DNA from: Gammaproteobacteria bacterium
GTDB taxonomy: Bacteria; Pseudomonadota; Gammaproteobacteria; Ga0077536
Assembly (NCBI GenBank): GCA_963662545.2
Contig: CAXXLL010000002.1
Location: forward strand, 192,001-256,000
Length of the DNA stretch: 64,000 bases
Direction of reading: 5' to 3'
This document shows, in pieces, positions 44,578-53,845 of this stretch (position 1 is its first letter; every line of letters starts with the position of its first letter). Both the position numbers and the translations under genes were made by a program. Below the pieces are notes generated by a model. It was not told the origin of the DNA, made no database searches, and saw only the letters and a program-made list of their open reading frames with translations.

Positions 44578-47500
44578 CTAATCGAGTGCCTTGGCGAGGC
44601 GTTCTACGTGCGTAGTAAGCCCCATCTCTGTGCACAGGCGATGTGCGGTACGCAACTCCTCCTCGGCCGACCACTTACCACCGAAAGCCTTTGCAAATGC
44701 GGCGCGTTGTTCATGGATAAACGGCTGAAAATAGCGACCCTTCGTTTGTGTGATCAGCGTTTGCAGTTCGTCGAGCGCCGCGAGTGCCCCGGATTCATCG
44801 CCCAGCACGATGCGGGCGCGCGCGAGCGAGACCCATGGTTGCATATCATGAATCGAGCGTTTCGACCGACAGAAATCCACGCCGTTTTCTGCCCATCGCA
44901 GGCCGTCTTCAATTTTTCCTTGTTCGATGCAGGCCTCACTTAACGCGCCAGTCGCGGCGCCGCGGTAGTAACGCATTTGCATTGCATCACCGATTTGCAC
45001 CGCGGTTTCGAGAAAATCGTGCGCTCTATCCGTCTCCCACATGTTTAGGCAGGTAATACCCATGCACAAATTCGCAAGCGTACCGGCAAACCCGGCTTCG
45101 CTGTGCCCGGCGTCCTCGTAAACTGAGCGTGCTCGGTCGAGCGCCGTATCCCGATTGCCATCGAGGATCGCGAAACGGCACGCATGATAGCGGCCCAGCC
45201 ACATCATCTCGGGAGACATCTCGGTCGTTGGAAATCGCTCGAACTCACTGAGCAAGCGCTTCGCTTCTTCAAATCGTCCGAGTGTCCAGAGACTACCGCA
45301 CGCCGCGACCGTTAGGCCCGCGCGTATGCTATTACCCATTATCCTTACGCCGAATTCGCCATCATCGGGGCTATTGGCGAGTGCGTATTCTTTGACATTT
45401 AGGGCATCCTCGAACCGGCCTGCCGCGAAGTAGGCCCAGATGAGATAAAAACGCATGCCGAGCCGCAGTTCGGTTTCACCGATCTGATCTGCGAGACGGA
45501 CGGCTTCCTCGGAGTGCTTAACGTACTTCTGCGAATCCCCGATCGTTACGCCTTGCGCCACCGAATATCCACCCTGCAGGTAGACAAGCGTGGTCAGGTC
45601 ACCAGAGCGCTCGGCGAAAGCCTTGCCGTCCTCAAAATTGCGTTCGATATCTTCTTCCTTCCCACCGAGGCGCCAACCCAAGGTTAGGATCTGTGAGCAT
45701 GCCTGAGCACCAAGCATGAGGTTCTCTTTCTCGGGCGGCAGTTCGTCGATGAACTCACGCACGCGACGCCAGTGGTGGATCGAACCGGTTGCATCTTTGC
45801 GATAGGACCAGACTGCTGCACGCCGGTGCCATTCAACGGCTTGTGCGTGATCGCCCGCGACCTCCCAGTGATAAGCGAGCAGCGGCGAGCGCTCATCGAG
45901 ATTGTCGGGCTCGAAGGCCTCGAACGCCTGCGCAACGGCCCCGTGGACCTGTGCACGATGGCTCTGAAGTTGCGAGTTGTACGCAACTTCCTGCGTCAGT
46001 GGGTGTTTAAAAGCGCACTCGACGATCGGGTATAGCGAGCGCTCATAGATAAAGTCGCCGTCCTTCAGAATCTCGAGGGCAATACCGAATTCACTGCTTG
46101 CCAGCTCCGATACGGTCTCGAGTAGCGGCAGGGGAAACTCCTTACCGATCACCGCTGCCGTTTGCAGCAGCTGCTTGCTCGGATCGGACAGGCGATCGAT
46201 GCGTGCAGCGAGTACGGCCCGCACGTTGACAGGCACGGCCAGTTCTCGAACGTCCATAACCAGATGATAGGCACCGGGACTACCCTCGAGCTGCCCGGTC
46301 TCGACCAGTTCCTGAATGACTTCTTCGGTGTAGAACGGATTGCCGGTCGTCCACTGTACGATGCGGTCCGACAACTTGTTCAGCGATGGATCGCCGCCGA
46401 GGATACTGCCGACCAGTTCCCTGATGACCTCGTTGCCCAGAGGCGCAAGCGGCAATTGATGATAATGGGCGCGTCGCATCCAGTCGGCCTGGTATTCGGG
46501 GCGGAAATTTAGCAGCAACAGATTTCGACTGTGCTCTATGGTGGACGCAATTATTTGCGTCAGAAATGCATCACTACCCGGGTCGATCCAGTGCAGGTCG
46601 TCGATAAAAAGAAGCATCGTGATGCCGCGCTCCGCCTGGGCACGGTAGAGCGTATGCAGCATGGAGACGAGCTGCCGTTGCCGGGCGTCGGCGTCGAGCT
46701 CAAGTGCCGGCATATCGGGATCGCCGACACCCATGAATTCGAACAGCACCGGCAGTCCATCGCGCAGACTCTCGTCAAGCAACAGCATCGCGCCGGCAAT
46801 TTTTCGCCTGGCTTCCGTTTCATCGTCCCGGGCCTTGATGCCGAAATAGCTTCGGTACAACGCGAGAATGGGAACGAAGGGAATGTTTTTACCGTGTGCC
46901 GGACAGTGCGCTTCAAGGATCATGAGACCATTTGCACGGCAGCGTTTTACAAATTCCAGGCACAGCCGGCTCTTGCCGAGCCCGGCCTCGCCTACGACCC
47001 CGACCACTTGGCCGTTGCCGGCGCTGGCCTGGGCCAGTGCCGCATCCAGTGTCTGCATTTCGTCATGGCGTCCGACGAAGCGGGTCAGGCCGCGCGATTG
47101 CGACACCTCGATGCGCGTTCTCGATGTCCCGACATCTTCGAGCTCGAAGATACCGGTCGCACTGCCGGTTTTGGATAAATTCGAGGCGCCCAGTGAACGC
47201 AGGCGGAAATAGCCTTCAACGAGGTGTTGTGTGCTTTCGCTTAGATAAACGCGTCCGGGTTCTGCGAGTTGTTCGATGCGTTGCGCAAGGCCGACGGTAT
47301 GCCCCTGGGCCGTGTAATCCATGCGCAGGTCGTCGCCGATCTTGCCTACCACGACCTCGCCGGAGTTGAGACCGATGCGGAGGGCAAAACTCACCCCTCG
47401 CTCGATGCGTAACTGGTCGGCGTAAACGCCGAGCTTCTGCCGGATGTCCAGGGCGGCGTAACAGGCCCGCTGGGCATGATCCTCGTGGGCGATCGGCGCG

Positions 47501-47937
47501 CCGAAGAGTGCCATGATGCCGTCGCCCGTATACTGGTTAACCGTCCCTTCAAATCGATGGACGCCTTCGGTGAGGATGGCGAAGAAGCGATCGAGGATCT
47601 CATGCCATTCTTCCGCGTCGAGCTGGCGCGCCAGTTCCATCGAACCCTTTACATCGGCGAACATAACGGTGAGGTCTTTGCGTTCGCCTTCGAGCGCGGC
47701 TCGAGAGGTCAGGATCTTGTCAGCGAGGTGTTTGGGTGTGTAGTCGGCGATCGATCGTGGTGCTGATATTTCATTTTTGGGGCCCGCTGAAACGTCAATC
47801 CCGCACCCGGGACAGAAACGCGCATTAGGTGACAGTGCTTCGCCACAACTCGCGCAGTTTCGCTCGAGCTTTGCTCCGCAGGATTCGCAGAACCGCGCGC
47901 TGTCGTTATTCGCGTGTTGGCAGGATGGGCAGTTCAT
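44578..47937 (-). CDS. Zn-ribbon/class III cyclase/STAND ATPase/TPR-like protein, paralog 3
   Basis: 1119 aa; GEAGLGKS, IDDLHW, WTTGNP and FKHPLTQEVAY motifs. Confidence 0.92.
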   Translation of the reverse strand: MNCPSCQHANNDSARFCESCGAKLERNCASCGEALSPNARFCPGCGIDVSAGPKNEISAPRSIADYTPKHLADKILTSRAALEGERKDLTVMFADVKGSMELARQLDAEEWHEILDRFFAILTEGVHRFEGTVNQYTGDGIMALFGAPIAHEDHAQRACYAALDIRQKLGVYADQLRIERGVSFALRIGLNSGEVVVGKIGDDLRMDYTAQGHTVGLAQRIEQLAEPGRVYLSESTQHLVEGYFRLRSLGASNLSKTGSATGIFELEDVGTSRTRIEVSQSRGLTRFVGRHDEMQTLDAALAQASAGNGQVVGVVGEAGLGKSRLCLEFVKRCRANGLMILEAHCPAHGKNIPFVPILALYRSYFGIKARDDETEARRKIAGAMLLLDESLRDGLPVLFEFMGVGDPDMPALELDADARQRQLVSMLHTLYRAQAERGITMLLFIDDLHWIDPGSDAFLTQIIASTIEHSRNLLLLNFRPEYQADWMRRAHYHQLPLAPLGNEVIRELVGSILGGDPSLNKLSDRIVQWTTGNPFYTEEVIQELVETGQLEGSPGAYHLVMDVRELAVPVNVRAVLAARIDRLSDPSKQLLQTAAVIGKEFPLPLLETVSELASSEFGIALEILKDGDFIYERSLYPIVECAFKHPLTQEVAYNSQLQSHRAQVHGAVAQAFEAFEPDNLDERSPLLAYHWEVAGDHAQAVEWHRRAAVWSYRKDATGSIHHWRRVREFIDELPPEKENLMLGAQACSQILTLGWRLGGKEEDIERNFEDGKAFAERSGDLTTLVYLQGGYSVAQGVTIGDSQKYVKHSEEAVRLADQIGETELRLGMRFYLIWAYFAAGRFEDALNVKEYALANSPDDGEFGVRIMGNSIRAGLTVAACGSLWTLGRFEEAKRLLSEFERFPTTEMSPEMMWLGRYHACRFAILDGNRDTALDRARSVYEDAGHSEAGFAGTLANLCMGITCLNMWETDRAHDFLETAVQIGDAMQMRYYRGAATGALSEACIEQGKIEDGLRWAENGVDFCRSKRSIHDMQPWVSLARARIVLGDESGALAALDELQTLITQTKGRYFQPFIHEQRAAFAKAFGGKWSAEEELRTAHRLCTEMGLTTHVERLAKALD

Positions 47938-48163
47938 GGTTCGTAAAGGTGATTCTTCCCCAAAACGTATGATCAGGCTGTGTACTCTACCTCCGCCTGA
48001 ATACGTTCTCCCATTTCTTTCTCGACAATCGTCAGGGCTCGGTGGTTCCTACGGCCTCCGGTGAGCTTGTGCAGGCCGATGCTCTTAAATGGTCTGCGGT
48101 CGTGCAGCGAAGTTGCGGCGTTCAAGGCGGCCTGAAGATCTTCGGCAGCTTCATAGAACGCGT

Positions 48164-49570
48164 TTACGGTGCGGCTCCCGACCCCATGCGCATATCCTTC
48201 ATCCGCCCGTCACTTTGCAACAAACCGAGTACCGCATGATCAAGATCCAATCGCTCGCCGCGCCAGTTCGCTACACACGTCTCCGCGGAAACGTGAATAC
48301 CTCTCGCCCGTACTAATTGGGCAAGGTCTTCGGTCGCGGGCGTCGGTGCGGGTACCTCTGGGAGCAGCATACCGTCGGGACGCAGGAATAATAGCTTGCC
48401 GTCGTCGCGCCGTTCGAGCGTAAAGCCGCCTTCGTGTATGAGTTGGTGATGATGCCGGCACAGCAGTACGAGGTTCTGCACACTGGTCTCGCCGCCGTCC
48501 GCCCAATGCCTTATATGGTGCGCATCGACGCTGCGGTGGCGGATACACCCCGGAAACCGGCAGCCGCGGTCGCGCGCTTCGAGCGCCCGGCGAATAGCGG
48601 ACGGTACGGCACGGGTCTTGCGGCCGATGGCGAGCGGTTCACCATCGGCGTCCTCTTCGATCTGGACGATCCCGGCGTCGCAGGCGAGCCGCCGGGCGGT
48701 CTCCGCGGCCAGGGCCGGGCCATGCTCGATTTCGCAGCGCGTCGTGCGGTCTTCTGCGCGTAAGGTGTCCCGATCGACGTATACGACGATTTGATGGCGG
48801 TCGGCTTGTTTGGATGTAAGCGCGCCATGCGCCAGGAACTGCTCGCCCAGGTGACTGAGCGCATCGGCACGGCGTGTGGCGGCCGGATGCGCTGCACCGG
48901 GTGACGTTCCCGCGGGAACGTCGGCGTCGACGAGCGGTTCTTTGATCTGCCCGGTGGGCACGCCGTCCGCCACGAGATCGTCCGCCGCCGCGGCGAGGGC
49001 CTTAAGCAGCATCGCGCCAGTTTCGGTCGGCAGGCGCGCCTGGATGACCAGCATGCCGTCGTCGTCGTAATACCAGTCCAGGTGGCGCGCTTGGTGTGCA
49101 CCGTTCGCCTTCTCGGTTTCTTCGATTCGCTGCACCTGCCGATAGGCGCGCACCGTCTGCTCGACATGCATCGCCGTGCCGTGGCGCGCGATCATCAATA
49201 AAGTGTCCTCGTTCTCGGGTGTCGCCACGCGGGTCATCGCCCGCACCTTGGAGTAGCTCACGACGCCTGACGCAAACGCCGCGCTGATCTGGGGTAACGA
49301 TTCCAGTGCCCGCGCGACGCGCACCTTTTCACGCGCCGCGCCGAGTGCGATCCCGCATTTCCAGTTGAGCCAGTGGGCGCAGGAGTGTAGGCCGTGCTTG
49401 CCCCAGACTTCGCGGCGGTCGAACTCCGCGATCAGCATGAGCAACTGCCAGGTGGCGGCGGCGATGTTGGCGGCGAGGGTGGTGATCGAGTCTTCCAGGG
49501 CGTCGTCGGGGGATCGCTCAGAATGGAACTCGGGAGGGGTATGGCAAGGCGTGATAGCGAGGTCTTCCAT
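48164..49570 (-). CDS. DUF222-domain HNH endonuclease (13E12/Rv1128c-like)
   Basis: SCAHWLNWKCG, SYSKVRAMTR, ARRLACDA and RDRGCRFPGC...DAHHIRHWADGGETSVQNLVLLCRHHH motifs; GGAG RBS before ATG 49570. Confidence 0.92.
   Translation of the reverse strand: MEDLAITPCHTPPEFHSERSPDDALEDSITTLAANIAAATWQLLMLIAEFDRREVWGKHGLHSCAHWLNWKCGIALGAAREKVRVARALESLPQISAAFASGVVSYSKVRAMTRVATPENEDTLLMIARHGTAMHVEQTVRAYRQVQRIEETEKANGAHQARHLDWYYDDDGMLVIQARLPTETGAMLLKALAAAADDLVADGVPTGQIKEPLVDADVPAGTSPGAAHPAATRRADALSHLGEQFLAHGALTSKQADRHQIVVYVDRDTLRAEDRTTRCEIEHGPALAAETARRLACDAGIVQIEEDADGEPLAIGRKTRAVPSAIRRALEARDRGCRFPGCIRHRSVDAHHIRHWADGGETSVQNLVLLCRHHHQLIHEGGFTLERRDDGKLLFLRPDGMLLPEVPAPTPATEDLAQLVRARGIHVSAETCVANWRGERLDLDHAVLGLLQSDGRMKDMRMGSGAAP
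48276..48922. repeat. Two related 20-bp palindromes inside the HNH gene
   Basis: GACGTTCCCGCGGGAACGTC (48903-48922, perfect) and CACGTCTCCGCGGAAACGTG (48276-48295, 1 mismatch). Confidence 0.8.
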
Positions 49571-49593
49571 GGCGTATTTCGCTCCAGCAAATA

Positions 49594-49613
49594 TACTGTA
49601 ATTATATCCAGTA
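49594..49613 (-). promoter_or_regulatory. LexA (SOS) box overlapping the -10 of the HNH gene
   Basis: Minus strand TACTGGATATAATTACAGTA = TACTG-N10-CAGTA, containing TATAAT, 23 nt upstream of the ATG. Confidence 0.85.
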
Positions 49614-49678
49614 TTTGCTCGCACAGCCAGCATTTTTTCCCTTCGCGTCGTGGAAATTTTTACGGCGACCGGAAGGGC

Positions 49679-50806
49679 TCAGCCAGTACTGACGGGCAGG
49701 CGCAGTCCTTTCCGTTCTAGCCGCGGCAGGACTTCGTCCACGAAGTAGGGGAGTTCGTCGGCGTAATTGACGAATGCCACCGTGGCGCCCGCGAAACTGG
49801 CACTCGCGATCCGTTCGAGCGCGTCGGCGACCGTATCCGGATCCCCTATCAGCGGAAACACGCCGTGGCCGCCGGCGAATTGCACGCGTAATGACTCGAT
49901 CATTTCTTTCGGGAAAGACTGCGCGTGCATGCCCTGTAAGGTCATCAGCCGCTCGACCGCTTCATGATCGGCGCACTCTACGGCGTAATGTTGGTGATAA
50001 TCCTCCGCCTCCGTCCGAGTCGGCCGGCATACCACATAAGTAGTCGTGAACACACCGAGTTCGCGCTGGTAGCGTGTTCGGGCGACCGCCTGCATTTGTT
50101 TGACGACCGCCGCGCCCGAGTCCGGATCGACCATTACCGTGAACAGGAAGTCGCAGTTCTTCGCCGCGAAATCGCAGCCTTCGTCCGAAGAGCCGGCGTT
50201 CATGATCGGCGGGAGCGTGCCGCCAGCCGGTTGCGGTGTACAGCGTCCGCGGCGAATGCTGAAAAATTCGCCATTCCAATCGAAATCACCGCCCTGCCAC
50301 GCTCTGCGGATCACGTCCCACCATTCCTGCCCATAGCGGTAGCGGACGTCGTGACCGGAGGGCAGCTCGAGGCCGAACATCTCGTACTCGGGCTGGTTCC
50401 AGCCGCACACGATGTTGAGGCCGAACCGCCCCGCCGCGATGTGATCGGCCGTTGCGAACTGCTTGGCCGCGACTAGCGGATGAAGAAACGCGGTGTGGGC
50501 AGTTGCGAATACCGTGATGCGCTTCGTTTGCGCGAGTAGGCCGGTAGCCCATGTGACGGTTTCGAGAGAGTCGCCCTGGAAATCGGTATCGCCGCCGTAA
50601 CCGGTCCAGCGCGCGATCGGCAATATAAACTCGATCCCCGCCGCGTCGGCCGTTTGCGCGAGCGCGAGATTATTTTCCCAGCTCGCGTCCCAGCGCTCGG
50701 GCACCGTGGTGACCGCCATGCCGCCCGAGCAGTTCGGGGAAAAGATCCCGAGCTTGAAAGCGTTGCGACTGAACATCGCATTGTGTGGCCGCCGCATAAT
50801 TTTCAA
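49679..50806 (-). CDS. LLM-class flavin-dependent monooxygenase (RutA/SsuD-like)
   Basis: FILPIARWTGYGG, GRFGLNIVCGWN and IMNAGSS motifs. Confidence 0.88.
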   Translation of the reverse strand: MKIMRRPHNAMFSRNAFKLGIFSPNCSGGMAVTTVPERWDASWENNLALAQTADAAGIEFILPIARWTGYGGDTDFQGDSLETVTWATGLLAQTKRITVFATAHTAFLHPLVAAKQFATADHIAAGRFGLNIVCGWNQPEYEMFGLELPSGHDVRYRYGQEWWDVIRRAWQGGDFDWNGEFFSIRRGRCTPQPAGGTLPPIMNAGSSDEGCDFAAKNCDFLFTVMVDPDSGAAVVKQMQAVARTRYQRELGVFTTTYVVCRPTRTEAEDYHQHYAVECADHEAVERLMTLQGMHAQSFPKEMIESLRVQFAGGHGVFPLIGDPDTVADALERIASASFAGATVAFVNYADELPYFVDEVLPRLERKGLRLPVSTG

Positions 50807-50872
50807 ACCCGATCGGTTCTGCTAAATAGTTGTACGAATGAAAGTGTTTGATGACATTTTAAGCTCGGGTAC

Positions 50873-51058
50873 TCACTGCAGTGTCGTCTTCGTTACACCG
50901 CAGCGCTCACACCGTTTGATCGTGACCAGCCGACCCTGCTTCACATCGAACTGCTTCTTTTGATCAATTTCCCATTTATGAAAACCGCTTTTACAGAGCG
51001 TCTTCCCCTTCGACTTCTTTTTTCGCCGTGCCTTCTTGATAGAGACGATTTCGCCCAT
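50873..51058 (-). CDS. Small basic Zn-finger-like hypothetical protein
   Basis: 61 aa, Lys-rich, CKSGFHKW...CERCG; lies 9 nt after the SDR stop. Confidence 0.7.
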   Translation of the reverse strand: MGEIVSIKKARRKKKSKGKTLCKSGFHKWEIDQKKQFDVKQGRLVTIKRCERCGVTKTTLQ

Positions 51059-51067
51059 AAGCTTCGC

Positions 51068-51835
51068 TTAACTGGCGGACATGCCACCGTCCACCGAAAA
51101 GGTCGTGCCGGAGCAGTAGCTGCTTTCGTCGCTCGCGAGAAAAAGCGCGAGCTTGGCGACTTCGTCGGCTTCACCGTAGCGTCGCATCGGCACCGAGCTT
51201 TGCATCTTTTGCTTGACGCTGTCGTGGGCGCCGGGGGCGTAACCTTCCTCGATGGAATCGATCATGCGGGTCTGGATCGGGCCCGGGTTGATCGTGTTGA
51301 CGCGGATCCCGCTCTTGGCGCATTCGAGTGCAGCCGAACGCATGATGCCGACCACCGCGTGCTTCGAGGCGATGTAGGGCGAGACGCGCGGCATGCCGCG
51401 GAGCCCGCCCATCGACGAAGTTATGATGATGCTGCCGCCGCCGCTTTTTGCCATCGCCGGAATGACGTACTTCAATCCGAGCCAGACGCCGCGGACGTTG
51501 ACCGCCATGACCCGATCGAACATGTCGATGGGATAATCGATGATCGTTGCGACGGCGCCTTCTATCCCCGCATTATTGAAAAAGACGTCGACTTGGCCGT
51601 GACGCTCGAGCGTGGCCTCGACATAGGATTCGACCTGCGCCGGGTCGCTGACATCAGCCGCGATGGCGCTCGCGTTTTCTTCGCCGATCTCGGCAACGGC
51701 GGCTTCGAGTGCTGCCTCGTCGAGGTCGACGAGCACGACTTTAGCGCCCTCTGCAGCGAAGAGCGCGGCGCTCGCGCGGCCGATCCCGCCGCTGCCGCCC
51801 GTGATGATCGCGACTTTGTCCTGCAGGCGCTGCAT
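51068..51835 (-). CDS. Short-chain dehydrogenase/reductase
   Basis: TGGSGGIG, NNAGI, YIASK and VDGG motifs. Confidence 0.94.
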   Translation of the reverse strand: MQRLQDKVAIITGGSGGIGRASAALFAAEGAKVVLVDLDEAALEAAVAEIGEENASAIAADVSDPAQVESYVEATLERHGQVDVFFNNAGIEGAVATIIDYPIDMFDRVMAVNVRGVWLGLKYVIPAMAKSGGGSIIITSSMGGLRGMPRVSPYIASKHAVVGIMRSAALECAKSGIRVNTINPGPIQTRMIDSIEEGYAPGAHDSVKQKMQSSVPMRRYGEADEVAKLALFLASDESSYCSGTTFSVDGGMSAS

Positions 51836-51981
51836 TCGATGACTCCTTGCTCTGTAGATTTCTCAAGCTCAATTAAAACACAGTCCCTTCCGGGCGAAAC
51901 GATTGCGCTACAATACTTGCCGAACCAATCGAAAAGGATGATTCGATGGCAGGCAGCAAGGATGCGTTCAGGTGCGACCCT

Positions 51982-53832
51982 TTGACCGATCCCGCCCACC
52001 AGGCGCTCAAAGAAGTTTTCGGCTACGACGCCTTTCGCGCGGGGCAACTCGATGCGATCGAAACCGTACTCGCAGGCCGCGACAGCGTCGTGCTCATGCC
52101 GACCGGCGGCGGCAAATCGATCTGTTATCAGATCCCGCCCCTGATCAACGGCGGCTGCACCGTTGTCGTCTCCCCGCTGATCGCGTTGATGCAGGATCAG
52201 GTCACGAGTCTGGACCAGCTAGGGCTCGCTGCCGCGAGTCTCAACTCCGCGATGAACGGTGCCGCGCAGCGCGACGCCATTGAGCGGCTACGAGCCGGTA
52301 CGCTCAAGCTGATTTACCTCGCGCCGGAACGCTTACTGCAACCAGACACGCTCGAAATGCTCAAGCAGTGTGCCGTCAGCTTGATCGCGATCGACGAGGC
52401 GCATTGCGTGTCGCAGTGGGGACATGATTTCCGTCACGACTATCTCGAACTGCACCAGCTGGGTGAGCATTTTCCCGGCGTGCCGCGCATGGCCCTGACC
52501 GCAACCGCCGACGAACGCACCCGCGCGGATATCGCCGAACGGCTCGCGTTACGGGATCCGCGCTGGTTCATCGGCGGATTCGACCGGCCGAACATCCGCT
52601 ACACGGTGCGTGCCCGCGGTAACGCGCGCCAGCAACTGGAAAAATTCCTGGCGACGCGGCGCGGGCAGGCGGGGATCATCTACTGCATGTCGCGGCGCAA
52701 GGTGGAGGAGACAGCCGTGTGGCTGGCCGGGCAGGGGCATCAGGCCCTGCCTTACCACGCGGGCCTCCCATCAGATGTGCGCAGCGACAATCAACATCGC
52801 TTTCTCAACGAAGACGGCGTGATCATGGTCGCGACGATCGCCTTCGGCATGGGCATCGACAAACCCGACGTTCGCTTCGTCGCCCATCTCGATCTGCCCA
52901 AGACCGTCGAGGCCTACTACCAGGAAACCGGAAGGGCGGGGCGCGACAACGAACCGGCCGACGCCTGGATGATCTACGGTTTGCAGGATGTCGTGCGTCT
53001 GCGCCAGATGCTCGACCAATCCGAGGCGGATGAGGATCACAAACGGATCGAACGTCACAAACTCGATGCCTTGCTCGGCTGGTGTGAAGCGACGGAGTGC
53101 CGGCGCCGCCCGCTCCTGGAATATTTTGGTGACGGGCTGACCGCGCCCTGCGGCAACTGTGACAACTGCCTGGAGCCGCCCGTCACCTGGGATGCGACCG
53201 AGGCGGCGCAGAAGCTCCTGTCGTGCATTTTTCGCACAGGGCAGCGCTTCGGCGCGGCGCATGTGATCGATGTGTTGCGCGGGGCCGATACGGATAAAGT
53301 GCACGCGCACGGCCATGCTTCCCTGAGCACCTACGGTATCGGCAGCGAACAGAGCGTCAATCATTGGCGCTCGGTGCTGCGCCAGCTGATGGTGCAGGGT
53401 GCGGTGTATGCGGATGTGGAGCGTTTCGGTGCGCTGAAACTCGGCGCGGACGCGCGGCCTATCCTGCGCGGCGAAGTCGATCTGCGTCTGCGCGAAGACC
53501 TTGCTGAATCACGCGCGCCGCGGCGAACCAAGTCGAAAGTCGACCTCAGCGACGTCGATCCCGAGCTCTGGGAGCGCTTGCGCGCGTGCCGCAAGCGCGT
53601 GGCGGACGAACAGGGCGTGCCGCCCTTCGTCATTTTCCACGACCGCACCTTGCGCGAATTGATCGTCGTGCGTCCCGCGACGCTCGAAGCGATGCTCGAC
53701 GTGAGCGGGATCGGTCAGGCGAAACTCGAACGCTATGGAAAAATATTTCTGGACGAATTGAACGCGGTGCCGGCAAACGCGCGAAGCGGAACCGATCGCG
53801 AAATTCGGAACGGCAATCCGGCCAAGCGATGA
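51982..53832 (+). CDS. recQ: ATP-dependent DNA helicase RecQ
   Basis: [22 protein letters not shown] and [11 protein letters not shown] motifs; Zn domain CRR..CGNCDNC, RQC and HRDC. Confidence 0.97.
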   Translation: MTDPAHQALKEVFGYDAFRAGQLDAIETVLAGRDSVVLMPTGGGKSICYQIPPLINGGCTVVVSPLIALMQDQVTSLDQLGLAAASLNSAMNGAAQRDAIERLRAGTLKLIYLAPERLLQPDTLEMLKQCAVSLIAIDEAHCVSQWGHDFRHDYLELHQLGEHFPGVPRMALTATADERTRADIAERLALRDPRWFIGGFDRPNIRYTVRARGNARQQLEKFLATRRGQAGIIYCMSRRKVEETAVWLAGQGHQALPYHAGLPSDVRSDNQHRFLNEDGVIMVATIAFGMGIDKPDVRFVAHLDLPKTVEAYYQETGRAGRDNEPADAWMIYGLQDVVRLRQMLDQSEADEDHKRIERHKLDALLGWCEATECRRRPLLEYFGDGLTAPCGNCDNCLEPPVTWDATEAAQKLLSCIFRTGQRFGAAHVIDVLRGADTDKVHAHGHASLSTYGIGSEQSVNHWRSVLRQLMVQGAVYADVERFGALKLGADARPILRGEVDLRLREDLAESRAPRRTKSKVDLSDVDPELWERLRACRKRVADEQGVPPFVIFHDRTLRELIVVRPATLEAMLDVSGIGQAKLERYGKIFLDELNAVPANARSGTDREIRNGNPAKR

Positions 53833-53845
53833 CGAAAGCCCTGTT

